From Alphaproteobacteria bacterium (GTDB lineage: Bacteria; Pseudomonadota; Alphaproteobacteria; UBA828), in contig CBDCCI010000002.1 of assembly GCA_965214705.1 (NCBI GenBank), positions 736,001-800,000 of the forward strand: DNA of 64,000 nucleotides. The letters are read 5' to 3'. How positions within the stretch are numbered: position 1 is the first letter of the stretch; the number at the start of each line of letters is the position of its first letter. The notes beneath the pieces were generated by a model. It was not told the DNA's origin. It saw only the letters and a list, made by a program, of their open reading frames with translations, and searched no databases. Positions 41,509 through 51,545 of this stretch are shown here, one piece after another. The position numbers and the translations under genes were made by a program.

Positions 41509-42479
41509 GGCATTCCGTCCAACAGTCGTTCCGCCGCCATGGAAACGCGCTCATCGCGGTGATCGCGGAACTGCGCGTAGAGCGACAGCGGATCCACGGT
41601 GCGCGCAGTGGACAAGGCGGCCGGGTCATATGACCAGGTTTCCACGATATGGGAAGCTTGATCCCGGTCGGTTTCGAACAGCCCATGGGTCTGGGCGACA
41701 ATCTTCCAATCGCTGGCCGCGACCGCGAAAGCCGGCAGCGGCGGCGGGGACAGGTCTGTGAGATCGGCGAGCGCGCTCTCGCCTGCGTGTTTCAAAGGCG
41801 GAGGGGGGTGAGCGTCTCGAATGAACTTCTCGGTGCGCACAGGGCTGCGGAGCAGGTCGTGCGCGGCATCGAACAGTTGCCTGCCCTCGGCCTGGAATCG
41901 GATATGCCGCTCCTTGCCGTGTCTTTCGGTATGGGCCAGCCCGGCACCGACCAGATCGTCGAACGCGCGGCCGATCGACATGGCCGAGTAGTGCAGCTGT
42001 GCCGCTACGAGGGATGGGGCTGTCACGGTCTCGTCGAGCCGCAGGAGGCGATGGAACAATACCGCCTGGGCCGCCGGCGAGAGGCCGGCTGCGCGACGTG
42101 GCTTCGGCGTGCGGAAGCGTTCGCGCAAGTCCATCGCGAGGTCAGGGATGTAGAGCTGCTTGCCGGGCACGACGAACGGGATTCGTCGTTCGATGAGGCG
42201 CGAGCGGTTGTGCGCGCTCAGCCACGGAGCGACGAAGACGACGATCGCGTCAACGGCGGGGCGGACCAGGGCGACATGCTTGGCGATGTCGGATGGCGTG
42301 GCGGCGTTGTCGACGGTCGCAAGGAAGATGCATCGCCTTCCAGCCACGTGGCCTTCAAGGAGGCTGTACATGCGGGAAAGAAATGATGGGAGGCCGGGCG
42401 CGCCGTCGAGCGCAGCGACCCTTGCGGGTTCGTGAAGGGTATCTTCGAGATAGCGCTGGAGCGCGGCGGCGATTGGCAT
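41502..42479 (-). CDS. HTH regulator, AbiEi-like partner
   Basis: IPFVVPGKQLYIP, HTH, AGESAL and VDPLSLY...DERV. Confidence 0.7.
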   Translation of the reverse strand: MPIAAALQRYLEDTLHEPARVAALDGAPGLPSFLSRMYSLLEGHVAGRRCIFLATVDNAATPSDIAKHVALVRPAVDAIVVFVAPWLSAHNRSRLIERRIPFVVPGKQLYIPDLAMDLRERFRTPKPRRAAGLSPAAQAVLFHRLLRLDETVTAPSLVAAQLHYSAMSIGRAFDDLVGAGLAHTERHGKERHIRFQAEGRQLFDAAHDLLRSPVRTEKFIRDAHPPPPLKHAGESALADLTDLSPPPLPAFAVAASDWKIVAQTHGLFETDRDQASHIVETWSYDPAALSTARTVDPLSLYAQFRDHRDERVSMAAERLLDGMPW

Positions 42480-42774
42480 TGCCAACGTTTCGCGGTTTAT
42501 TACTAACGTCATAATGCATGCTAACACTATCAATGTTAGTGTGCAAAGATGTCGTTACAGACGTGTCGGTTCGCCGCAAAATGCCCTCCCGAGTCGGGCT
42601 CGCGGATGTCGCGCACCGCCTTGAGGCGGTCGGGCATGTGCTCGGGCCTGGTGGCGTACTGGTTGCGCCCGCTCTTCAGACGGTGCAACCAACGCTCAAC
42701 CAACCACATTCGATCCGAACTTCTCGACGCTACGGTTGGGGCGGGTCGGGCTGTCGATCCTTCCCGCCGTCGCG

Positions 42775-43191
42775 CTACGCGCCGCCGGGTGCATCCAGCC
42801 CGACGGCCTGCGCCGCAGCGGCCAGCGCCCGGTCCAGGGTCGCAAGCGGCAGCCGCATGCGCAGCGCGAGCTCGAGATTCATAGCATCGTAGACGGAGAG
42901 GTTGTGCTCGTCGGCGAGAGCGAGCGCAGGGCCCCATACGCGGGATGCAGATACCGGGTCGATCTCGATGGGCAGCGCTTCCAGGCTGGCGCACACGGCG
43001 GGCCACTCGTCCGCGCGAAGGCGGCCGCGTTTGGTAGCTGCGAGCAACACGCTGCCGACCTCGACCGGCCAGAGGGAGGGGACGAAGGCGCGGTCGTCGA
43101 TGAGGGAGTCCCGCAAGCGGGCCGTCGCCTCGGTCGCCTCGTCGGCGAAAACCCATGCCATGGAGACCGAGCAGTCGAGGACGAAGGGCAT
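42775..43191 (-). CDS. VapC PIN toxin
   Basis: VLDCS, LSVYDA and LATLD. Confidence 0.88.
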   Translation of the reverse strand: MPFVLDCSVSMAWVFADEATEATARLRDSLIDDRAFVPSLWPVEVGSVLLAATKRGRLRADEWPAVCASLEALPIEIDPVSASRVWGPALALADEHNLSVYDAMNLELALRMRLPLATLDRALAAAAQAVGLDAPGGA

Positions 43192-43423
43192 CAGTACCTG
43201 CGCGCTTCCTCGACGATACTGCGCACCGACAGCCCTCCGAGGCTGTGGGTCTCCTGGAACGCTCTCAGGGTGTCGATCGCGCTCCGCACCTTGGCGGCAT
43301 CGCGCTGCCGGAAGGGAATGAGCTCGGCCACCGGACGGCTGTGCTTGGTGATGACGAAGCGTTCGCCCGCTTCGACGCGCTGGAGTAGCTTGGGCAAATG
43401 CGTCTTGGCCTCGAATGCGCCGA
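43191..43423 (-). pseudogene. Phd antitoxin lacking its start
   Basis: GAFEAKTHLPKLLQRV; the 5' end is replaced by an IS1595 fragment. Confidence 0.8.
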
Positions 43424-44066
43424 ACTCGGCCGCCGGCTGGGGGTCAAGCAGCCGACGGCCTGGGCCATGAAGCACAAGATCATGGCGGTGATGGCGCGGC
43501 GCGAGGGACAGACGCGGCTCGACGGGCGGGTGGAGATGGACGACGCCTATCTCGGCGGCAGGCGTTCCGGCGGCAAGCGGGGCCGGGGCGCAGCCGGCAA
43601 GACGCCCTTCGTGGCGGCGGTCTCGACCGGCCCCAAGGGGCGCCCGCGCAAGCTCAAGCTGGTGCCGGTCAGGGGCTTCCGCAAGCGCGAGATCGCGCGC
43701 GGCGCCCCGCGCTGGCTGGCTCCCGGATCGGAGGTCGTCACCGATGGTCTCGGCTGTTGGCGTGTGCTCGGCGAGGGCCCCTGCAGCCATCGCCCAGTCC
43801 TCACCGGCTCGGGACCCAAGGCGGCCCGCGCGCCGTCTTTCAAATGGGTCAACACAACGCTGGGCAACATCAAGAGCGCGATCACCGGAACCTACCGCAA
43901 GACCGGCCCCGATCATGCCGAGCGCTACCTCGCCAGCTTCGCCTGGCGCTACAACCGGCGCTACCACCTCAGGACCATGATCCCGCGCTTCGTCCACAGC
44001 GCCGCACGAACCAGCCCCGTGCCCTAACAAACCCTCATCACTGGATGAAAATCACGGATAAGCAGG
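43421..44066 (+). mobile_element. IS1595-family 3' relic
   Basis: VEMDDAYLGG, TDG and WRYNRRY; N-terminus and left end missing. Confidence 0.8.
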
Positions 44067-44444
44067 TTCAAAAATGTAGATATCACAATCTCAGTGTGCG
44101 GCAAGCGCTCAGCTTCGCGCCGGAGAAACCGCGCACCTTGATATGGCACAGGGTCCCGCCTCCGCTCGCAAGCAACGGGCCGGTGGTGCCCGTCACGCAA
44201 TGAAGAAGCTCGTGGCCGCTCAACGCGACCAGTTGCGAGCTCTTCGCGCTTGGGTGGCGACACCGCTACGACGATTTCCCAAGCCGAGATGCCCGGACAT
44301 GGTTGAGCGTTCCGAAAGAATTGTTGATGAGTGCCCTGACTCTCTTATATATGCATTTCAGGCATCTTATCCATAAGATTAACGCATAATAAATCGCTGC
44401 ATGTCTCACCCGAGAAAGGAGACAGGCGACCTGGCGGCAGGGGC

Positions 44445-47400
44445 GTGAACGACAACGATGGGATGGCAACGTTCCCGGCACTTTTGACGCGGGTCTCGGC
44501 TGTCCTTGCTTGTCTCGTCGGCCTGATGTCGGCGGCCGAGCCAGCCGGGGCCGACCAACTGACGTCCTCGGCAGGCGGCATCCGCGCCGGTTTCGTCGAT
44601 GTGACCGAGACGGTCGGCCTGAGCTATCGCGTCAAGACGGGCGACGAGGAAGCCGCTCCGGAATTGAGCGAGGGAGGCCGGGAGGACGGCGGCCTCGCCC
44701 TTGCCGATGTTGACGGCGACGGCTGGCCCGAGCTCTACGTCGCCCACGGGGCCGGCGAGCCCGGCCGGCTCTTCAGCTGGAACGGACGCCGCTTCGTCCG
44801 CAGCCCCGAGAATGGCGGCATCGCGCCGGCGGCGATGGACCGGGCCGGCTACTTCATCGACCTCGACGAGGACGCCGTTCTGGATTTCCTTTCGATTCAC
44901 GCGGAGGGAACGCAGGCGTTCCGTAACGACGGCAGCGGGCGGTTTAGGGAGTTGCCCACCCCGTTCGGCGCCGGAACCGACCGCTCCGTCTATTCGATGG
45001 CCGCCGCGGATTACGACGGCGACGGCGACCTCGACCCCTTCTTCGCCCACTGGAACCTGCCCTGGAACGGGATCAGGCCGCCCGCCCGCTATCTCTGGCG
45101 CAACGACGGCAAGGGACGCTACGAGGACGTGAGCCACATGGTGCCGGTGCGCCCCGGTGTGGTCCCCCGCACCGGTGACACGCGCGAATTCTCCTTCACG
45201 CCGACCTTCGCCGACATCGACGGCGACGGCGACCCCGACATCCTGCTGGCCGCCGACTTCGGCGCGAGCCAGGTGCTGCGCAACGAAGCCGGCGCCGCCT
45301 TCACCGACATCACCGGTTCCGCCATCACCGACGAGAATGGCATGGGTGCCGCGGTGGGCGACTACGACCTCGACGGGGACATGGACTGGTTCGTTACCAG
45401 CATCCACGATGCGGAGGGCAGCTCCGGCTACGGCCCCACGGGCAACCGGCTCTATCGCAACCTCGGCGATGGCGTGTTCGAGGACGCGACCGACGCCGCC
45501 GGCGTGCGCGAAGGCGGTTGGGGCTGGGGCACCTGCCTCGCCGACTTCGACAACGACGGCCACCGGGATCTGTTCCTCACCAACGGCTGGTTCGGCGAAT
45601 ACGTCGAGGACGCGGACGGCAAGGAGCGGGAGATCACCGCGTTCCTCGAGGACCCGTCGCGGCTCTTCATGGCCAACGGCGACGGCACCTTCACGGAGCG
45701 TGGCGCGGCGCTGGGCATCCGCCACACCGGCCAGGGCCGGGGCGTGGTCTGCGCCGACTACGACGGCGACGGCCGGGTGGACATCCTCATCGCCAACCAC
45801 GGTGCCGCGCCCACGGTCTATCGCAACGTCTTCGAGAGCGGACACCACTGGCTTGCCATCGATCTCGCAGGCCAGCACGCCAACCCGCAAGCCATCGGCG
45901 CGCGGGTCACGGTGCGGACGGCCTCGGGCGACCAGGTGCAGGAGGTGCGGCTCGGGACCGCCTATCTCTCCCAGGCGCCGGCGACGCTGCACTTCGGGCT
46001 GGGCACCGACGAGGCAGCGCACGCCATCGAGGTGCGCTGGCCCGGCCCCGGCAACCAGGTCAGCCGGCTCGGAGCCATCGCCGCCGACCGGCGCATCACC
46101 ATCGACCAGGCGGAGCCCGAGGGTCATCTGCTGCGCGTCGCGCGCGGAACTGGCGCCGGCCTCTATGGCGAAGGCGAGCGGGCCGCCATCAGCGCGGAGC
46201 CGGCCCGCGGCCACTATCGCTTCAGTCACTGGAGCGCCGAGGGCCGCGGTGCGTTCGCCGATGCGCGCGCGCCGGTCACGACCTTCGCTATGCCGGCGGG
46301 GCCCGCGACCGTGTTCGCCTACTACCTGCCCGGCCCGGCGCGGGCGGATGCAGGCGTCTCGGTGGCGCGGCGCTGGATGGAGGTGCTGCTGCAGGCGATC
46401 CGCGACGACTTCGCCCGTCCCACGGTCCATGCCCGCAACCTCTTCCACCTCTCGGCCGCGATGTACGACGCCTGGACCGCATGGTCGACGGCGTCGTCCC
46501 CCTATCACTTTGGCGAGAGCGGTGCCCCCTGCCCGGCCGCGGACCCGCCGGCAGAGGCCGGCGACCTGAGACGCGCGCGTGCGGAGGCGATCAGTCACGC
46601 CGCCTGGCGGCTCGTCCGCCACCGCTTCCAGCATTCGCCGGGCGCCGCCTCGACGCTGCGCAATGCGGACACGCTGATGGCTGCGCTGGGTTTCGATACG
46701 GGCGCCGGTGCGGCCCTCGGGCCGGCGGCGGCGCTCGGCGCCTGCATCGGCGCGTTCTACATCGCTCGAGGGCTCGAGGACGGATCGAACGAAGCCAATG
46801 ACTACGCGAGCATCGCCTATCGCCCGGTCAACGAGGCGCTGGAGCCCGCCGAACCGGGCAATCCCGCGCTCACCGACCCCGACCGCTGGCAGCCCCTCGA
46901 CCTGGAGGTGTTCGTCGGCCAGTCGGGCATCGTCGAAGACGACATTCCCGAATTCGTGTCGCCCGAGTGGGGCCTGGTCACGCCGTTCGCGCTGGCCGAG
47001 GAGGACCTCACGGTCCATCACCGGGACGACACCGACTGGCTCGTCTATCACGACCCCGGCCCGCCGCCGTCTCTGCAGGGCCCGCTCGCCGAGCACTACA
47101 AGTGGGGTTTTGCACTGGTCGCCCGCTGGTCGGCCGCGCTCTCGCCCGAGGACGGGGTGCTTATCGATATCGCGCCGTCGGGCATCGGCAACATCGGCGC
47201 CCTGCCCCGGTCCATCGACGACTACCCCGCCTTCTACGACGGCAACCCGCACGGCCCCGGCCACGCGGTCAATCCCGCCACGGCTGAGCCCTACGCGCCC
47301 CAGGTCGTGCCGCTCGGCGACTACACCCGCGTGCTTGCGGAGTTCTGGGCCGACGGGCCCGATTCCGAGACCCCGCCCGGCCACTGGTTCGTGATCCTGA

Positions 47401-48176
47401 ACGCGGTGAGCGACCATCCGGCGCTGGTCAGGCGGCTCGGCGGCTCGGGGCCGGTGCTCGACCCGCTGGAATGGGAAGTGAAGACCTACTTCGCGCTGGG
47501 CGGCGCGATGCACGACGCCGCCATTGCCTCCTGGGGGATCAAGGGCTGGTACGACTACGTCCGGCCGATCTCGGCGCTCAGGTTCATGGCGGACCGGGGC
47601 CAGTCCAGCGACCCCGCGCTGCCCTCATGGTCGCCGGACGGCATCCCGCTCTCGCCCGGCCTCATCGAGCTGGTCGGCCCCGACGACCCCCTCGCGGGCG
47701 AGGACGGCGCGCATGTGGGAAAGATCAAGTTCCTGGCTTGGCGCGGGCCCGATCATGTGGCGGATCCCGCGACCGACGCAGCCGGCGTCGGCTGGAGCCT
47801 GGCGGAGACCTGGTGGCCCTACCAGCGGCCCTCCTTCGTCACGCCGCCCTTCGCAGGCTACGTCTCCGGCCATTCCACCTACTCGAGGGCTGCGGCGGAG
47901 GTGCTGACGGTGCTCACCGGCGACCCTTTCTTCCCCGGCGGCATGAGCGCGTTCCCGGCTCCGGCGAACGACTTCCTGGTCTTCGAGCGCGGGCCCTCGG
48001 TCGACATGACCCTGCAGTGGGCCACCTACCGCGACGCTGCCGACCAGTGCAGCCTGTCCCGCATCTGGGGTGGCATCCACCCCCCGGCCGATGACATTCC
48101 CGGCCGCCTGATCGGGGAGCGGGTGGGCCGCGATGCCGTCAAGCTGGCGCTATCGCTCTTCGCTGGTGGCGAATAA
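44445..48176 (+). CDS. Secreted FG-GAP/ASPIC-UnbV protein fused to a vanadium-dependent haloperoxidase-like domain
   Basis: Signal peptide; repeated DxDGDGxxD; LHFGLG...EVRWP; KGWYDYVRP, YVSGHS and SRIWGGIH. Confidence 0.85.
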   Translation: MNDNDGMATFPALLTRVSAVLACLVGLMSAAEPAGADQLTSSAGGIRAGFVDVTETVGLSYRVKTGDEEAAPELSEGGREDGGLALADVDGDGWPELYVAHGAGEPGRLFSWNGRRFVRSPENGGIAPAAMDRAGYFIDLDEDAVLDFLSIHAEGTQAFRNDGSGRFRELPTPFGAGTDRSVYSMAAADYDGDGDLDPFFAHWNLPWNGIRPPARYLWRNDGKGRYEDVSHMVPVRPGVVPRTGDTREFSFTPTFADIDGDGDPDILLAADFGASQVLRNEAGAAFTDITGSAITDENGMGAAVGDYDLDGDMDWFVTSIHDAEGSSGYGPTGNRLYRNLGDGVFEDATDAAGVREGGWGWGTCLADFDNDGHRDLFLTNGWFGEYVEDADGKEREITAFLEDPSRLFMANGDGTFTERGAALGIRHTGQGRGVVCADYDGDGRVDILIANHGAAPTVYRNVFESGHHWLAIDLAGQHANPQAIGARVTVRTASGDQVQEVRLGTAYLSQAPATLHFGLGTDEAAHAIEVRWPGPGNQVSRLGAIAADRRITIDQAEPEGHLLRVARGTGAGLYGEGERAAISAEPARGHYRFSHWSAEGRGAFADARAPVTTFAMPAGPATVFAYYLPGPARADAGVSVARRWMEVLLQAIRDDFARPTVHARNLFHLSAAMYDAWTAWSTASSPYHFGESGAPCPAADPPAEAGDLRRARAEAISHAAWRLVRHRFQHSPGAASTLRNADTLMAALGFDTGAGAALGPAAALGACIGAFYIARGLEDGSNEANDYASIAYRPVNEALEPAEPGNPALTDPDRWQPLDLEVFVGQSGIVEDDIPEFVSPEWGLVTPFALAEEDLTVHHRDDTDWLVYHDPGPPPSLQGPLAEHYKWGFALVARWSAALSPEDGVLIDIAPSGIGNIGALPRSIDDYPAFYDGNPHGPGHAVNPATAEPYAPQVVPLGDYTRVLAEFWADGPDSETPPGHWFVILNAVSDHPALVRRLGGSGPVLDPLEWEVKTYFALGGAMHDAAIASWGIKGWYDYVRPISALRFMADRGQSSDPALPSWSPDGIPLSPGLIELVGPDDPLAGEDGAHVGKIKFLAWRGPDHVADPATDAAGVGWSLAETWWPYQRPSFVTPPFAGYVSGHSTYSRAAAEVLTVLTGDPFFPGGMSAFPAPANDFLVFERGPSVDMTLQWATYRDAADQCSLSRIWGGIHPPADDIPGRLIGERVGRDAVKLALSLFAGGE

Positions 48177-48284
48177 TCCCGGCGCGACGATTCGCCTGTC
48201 TGCGACACCTCGCCGGTCCTGAATCAATCCCGCCGCCGCCGCGCAGACCGTGGCCGCGGTGAGAAACGAGGGTTCAGCGTGCGG

Positions 48285-48604
48285 CAAGTCATTGTCAGGC
48301 GGCAAAGAGTGCCGCTGCGGCGGCTCATAGGAAATTGCGATTACAGGTATAATTATAAAGTATAGATATAGCTATAACGAATGTACTAGGCTGCGCGTAT
48401 GAGACGGTGCATGTCGCGAGCGGCGATGGAGACGGGTCACCCGAGGGTGCCGCGCCTCCCGGTGCGGGGCCGGCCCTACCGCTTTCGCAACGCGAATTCG
48501 ACGAACCACCCGGCGGCGCAACGAAGGGGCCCGGCAGGCCTTGCCGAGTCGGCTCATCACCCATGCCGCCACCCTGCTCCCAGCCTCCAGAAAGGAAGCG
48601 TGAA
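48285..48604 (+). promoter_or_regulatory. AT-rich promoter and long leader, duplicated at 53160-53461
   Basis: TTGCGATT..AGGTATAATTATAAAGTATAGATATA present in both copies. Confidence 0.6.
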
Positions 48605-49219
48605 ATGAGGACGCGACATTCGATTCTTGGCCTGTTGGCATTCGCATTGATCGTGGCCGTTGCGGGCGCAGCCTACGCCGCCTCCTGCAGCGGCTCCAAC
48701 CGGGTGTTCCATTCAAATGCCGAATGCCTGCACGGTTGGTGGGACAACAACGAGTGGCCCAAGGATTCGACGTTCGGAGTTCAAGGCTCCTGTTCAGACT
48801 GGGGCACGGTGGTCGCCAAGATCGAACTCGTCGGGGCGATGGACCGGACCTGGCACTTGAACAACGACAACAAACGAAGGGGTAGTTCAAGCTCAAGAGT
48901 CAATGGCATTCACTGCTGCAAGGATGTCGGTGACCTCTGCAATCACGACGACATGATGACCCCGGACAACTGTAAGAGCCAGTTTGAAGACAGCCCGGCC
49001 GCCAATACCTGTTATCTTTCAGGTGGCCAGTACTATGGCTCGGACGGTCTTTCTCCGGTCAGTGTGTTTGGCGAAGATTGCCACTTCTGGGCGAAGTGCG
49101 AGTACTACGACGAAAACTGGCTCAAACAAGAGAACGAAACCTCGATCGAAGGTGTCTGGTACCCCGATGCCGATACCCTGCGCAACTGTGATGGGGAGTT
49201 GAAGATAGGTAGATGTTGA
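48605..49219 (+). CDS. Secreted 12-Cys protein, paralog 1 (204 aa)
   Basis: Sec-type signal ending AYA; 12 Cys, the last at the C-terminus. Confidence 0.85.
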   Translation: MRTRHSILGLLAFALIVAVAGAAYAASCSGSNRVFHSNAECLHGWWDNNEWPKDSTFGVQGSCSDWGTVVAKIELVGAMDRTWHLNNDNKRRGSSSSRVNGIHCCKDVGDLCNHDDMMTPDNCKSQFEDSPAANTCYLSGGQYYGSDGLSPVSVFGEDCHFWAKCEYYDENWLKQENETSIEGVWYPDADTLRNCDGELKIGRC

Positions 49220-49257
49220 AGCGAGGTTGAAGACCAAGTGCTTGACGCAAGTTCATT

Positions 49258-50936
49258 GGGTGTGATTCTCGTATGGCGATATGCCAGTCGTGATGGCGCT
49301 AAAGGATATGGGCTGGTTCATTTTGGTCAAGCAGCGAGTGCCAGGACTTCGGTTGGGCTGATGTTGTCGTTAGCTGGTCCGGATCGGGCGTCCATGAGCG
49401 CATCCCATGCCCGGTCGAAGAGGCCGGATTTGATCAGGGCGCGGAAGGTCAGAACCGCCTGCCCGCCGTCGATCCGCCAGCGCATGCCCGAGCGTTTCAA
49501 GCGCTGCGCGACGAGGGTCTTGCAGGCCGCCTCGACCACACCCGAGCCGATGGCGATGCCCTCTTCCTTCAGGGCGTGGTAGCGCATCCGATGGCGGTGC
49601 TTTCGGAAGAAGGCCAGTTCGCGCTCGATCTCGGCCGGGTCCCCCTTTGCCCTGTCCAGGAGGTAGCGCAGTGCCCGGATCACCTTGTCGACGCCGCGGG
49701 GGTCGTGGCGCAGGATTTCGCGGTGCTTCTCGAACCAGTGGCGCGCCACCGCATGGTCAGAGGCCACGCGGAGATGCTCGCAAGCGTGCCAGAAGTCGAT
49801 GACCTCGGTCTCGGGCGAGAGGCTTTCGAGGAAGGTCCAGTTGTCGGCGGCCCCGTCGGCGACGGCGCCGATCCTGATCTTCGGGCTCACACGGCGGATA
49901 TGGGCGACCTCGCTTGCAAGTTGCGCTTTCAGCGCGGCCTTGCCGCTCTCGGGCATACGGCCGAGATAGAGGGTCTTCAGCCGTTGGCCCTCGGCGTCGT
50001 GGAAGGAGACCGTGCCGCAAGAGGCCTCGCGCCAGCACGCCTCGGCACGGCCGTCCTCGCCGGCCCGCAGCGCCACCATGACGCCGTCAAGGGAGACGGA
50101 CGCGGTGACCGCATCGGGCGGTATGCCCTGGGTTTCACGGATGCTGGCCAGCGTCTCCGGGGCGACGCTCTCCCAGTGCTCATGCATGCTCAGGGCCAGG
50201 CGCTGCAGCGTGCTCACCGACGGCGTCATTCCGCCCATTTTCGCGAAGAACTCCTCCGCTTCACGCGGCGTACAGTGGCCCATCATCATCAGCCCGAGCT
50301 GCGCCGCCGGCCGCGTCAGGTAGTCGTCGATGAGGCCCAGGCTCTCGTCCACCGGCACCAGCGACGTGCTGCTCGCGCCGCTGCGATAGCGCGCACGCCG
50401 ATAGGTCACGGGACCGAGCGTCGTCATGATCGTCTTCGGCGTCGCCGCCACCCGGACCCAGCTCTGTCCGTCGCGCTCGATCCGGCTCGCACCGTCGTCG
50501 CGGCTCTCGGCGAAGGCCCCAAGGAGCTTGCAACCCAAGCCGTTCATGGCGTCCCGCAGCCCCGTCTCAACCGTTTCGAACGTCTCGGCAGACGGGTCAG
50601 ACCCAGCCTGTTCGCGACAGAACTCCACCACCTGGGCGACCGCTTCGGCGACTTCGGCAGGCAGGCCCAAAAGGTCGATGGACGAGGCGATGAGAGACTG
50701 CGACACTGGCATGGGAACGCTCCTGATGTTGGGTCTGATGTTGGGTTGTCGGCGCGGCATCCTACCGCATCTCGCGGTGCGGAGCGTTCCCACCCACCAC
50801 TGCTGGATGCCGCCGTTGTGACAAAATCCGGCCCTGCACCGGCCGATTGTCACGAAAACCCGATTCTGGCTGCCTACGGCCACCCGCCAATCGCGCTAAA
50901 TCAATGACTTACGATCGCCATGCCAGACCTACACCC
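49258..50936 (-). mobile_element. ISKra4/UPF0236-type IS
   Basis: Imperfect IR GGGTGT...ATGGCGAT; 8-bp TSD AGTTCATT. Confidence 0.85.
49327..50712 (-). CDS. DDE transposase (ISKra4/UPF0236-like)
   Basis: DG, DGA, DFWHA and GSGVVEAACK...RLKRSGMRW. Confidence 0.85.
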   Translation of the reverse strand: MPVSQSLIASSIDLLGLPAEVAEAVAQVVEFCREQAGSDPSAETFETVETGLRDAMNGLGCKLLGAFAESRDDGASRIERDGQSWVRVAATPKTIMTTLGPVTYRRARYRSGASSTSLVPVDESLGLIDDYLTRPAAQLGLMMMGHCTPREAEEFFAKMGGMTPSVSTLQRLALSMHEHWESVAPETLASIRETQGIPPDAVTASVSLDGVMVALRAGEDGRAEACWREASCGTVSFHDAEGQRLKTLYLGRMPESGKAALKAQLASEVAHIRRVSPKIRIGAVADGAADNWTFLESLSPETEVIDFWHACEHLRVASDHAVARHWFEKHREILRHDPRGVDKVIRALRYLLDRAKGDPAEIERELAFFRKHRHRMRYHALKEEGIAIGSGVVEAACKTLVAQRLKRSGMRWRIDGGQAVLTFRALIKSGLFDRAWDALMDARSGPANDNISPTEVLALAA

Positions 50937-51084
50937 AGTTCATTCCAAGTAGGCTAGTTGGGGAGGGGAGCCCGCAGGATGAACACCGGAGCGTGGAGAA
51001 ACCGGACATCGGTATCTTTCGTATTCCGTCTTCTCATGCTGGCCGGCACCTTGAAATCCGCCGCCTGAACATGTCCGGCCCTAG

Positions 51085-51375
51085 CCCGGCTTTCTCACCA
51101 AGGTCATGGTCTGCGCGGCGCTGTCCGGGCGACAGGGCAGGAAAGGCGCGCAGCGCGATGCAGGGACATCGGGCAAGCGACTTGACGAACCCTGTCGCCC
51201 GGAGAGCGCCGCCCTTCGGGTCGCGCCCAGGCGCCCGCCCGCGTCGCGCGTTCCACGCGCGCGGGAGCGCGCGATGCGGGCCTCAACCGTATTCCCCGAT
51301 ACGCTTTTCGGCCCGCTTCTTGCGGATAGAACACCTGGGAGCGACGCAGGCCGTGACATTGGTGAGAAATCCGGG
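51085..51375. mobile_element. MITE with IS1380-like ends
   Basis: IR CCCGG(C/A)TTTCTCACCAA(G/T)GTCA; flanked by CTAG/CTAA; no credible ORF. Confidence 0.75.
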
Positions 51376-51419
51376 CTAAGGGTCCACTCCGATAAGGGCT
51401 AATATTCCACGCTCAAGAA

Positions 51420-51495
51420 CTGCTCACCGGCGATTCCTTCTTCCTCGGCGGGATGAGCGAATTCGAGTTCCCGGCGAACGACTTCCTGGTCTTCA
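51420..51495 (+). pseudogene. Relic of the haloperoxidase 3' end
   Basis: Matches about 47911-47984 (TGCTCACCGGCGA...CCGGCGAACGACTTCCTGGTCTTC). Confidence 0.7.
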
Positions 51496-51545
51496 GGCTC
51501 GGACCAGCCCGCCTAGGGCACCGTAAGTCGTTGTCAGGAGGCTAA

